Shown one piece after another: positions 63,946-64,000 of a stretch of DNA of 64,000 bases. The notes under the pieces were generated by a model. The model had not been told where the DNA came from. It saw only the letters and a program-made list of their open reading frames with translations, and did not search any database. Position 1 is the first letter of the stretch. Each line of letters begins with the position of its first letter. The stretch is from Leucoraja ocellata (taxonomy: Eukaryota). A program made the position numbers and the translations under genes. The stretch is taken from assembly GCA_036785375.1 (NCBI GenBank), contig JAWMAR010000306.1, forward strand, positions 1,860,001 to 1,924,000, given 5' to 3'.

Positions 63946-64000
63946 CTGACATTTCCACAAGAAAACAAAACGTCGGACAAATATTGTCTTATGCAATAAT

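Overview
This is eukaryotic (vertebrate) genomic DNA. The repeat families (HE1/V-SINE, DeuSINE, CR1, Rex1 and Penelope-derived foldbacks) point to a cartilaginous fish, probably a skate or ray (inference). Four protein-coding genes are supported. (1) APTX (aprataxin), + strand: six coding exons at 1917-12631, with the first coding exon outside the window. (2, 3) Two intronless ACTL7-like actin-related genes in tandem on + (17801-19066 and 24268-25512). (4) ELP1/IKBKAP, - strand: 24 coding exons, equivalent to human exons 14-37, at 63945-30614, with the 5' part outside the window. All exons were traced by hand with GT-AG sites and consistent phases. Introns and intergenic DNA are dense in transposon remnants. 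The most notable observations are Penelope-derived palindromic elements carrying a minimal hammerhead ribozyme core, a nested foldback transposon complex in ELP1 intron 29, P-element-like MITEs, a LINE with a ~70-bp flanking duplication that copies an AATAAA, the ACTL7 tandem pair, and the splice-site architecture of the ELP1 exon equivalent to the familial-dysautonomia exon 20. No tRNA, rRNA or CRISPR array was seen. Comparisons to human proteins are from memory and need confirming by alignment. Transposon boundaries without TIRs or TSDs are approximate.
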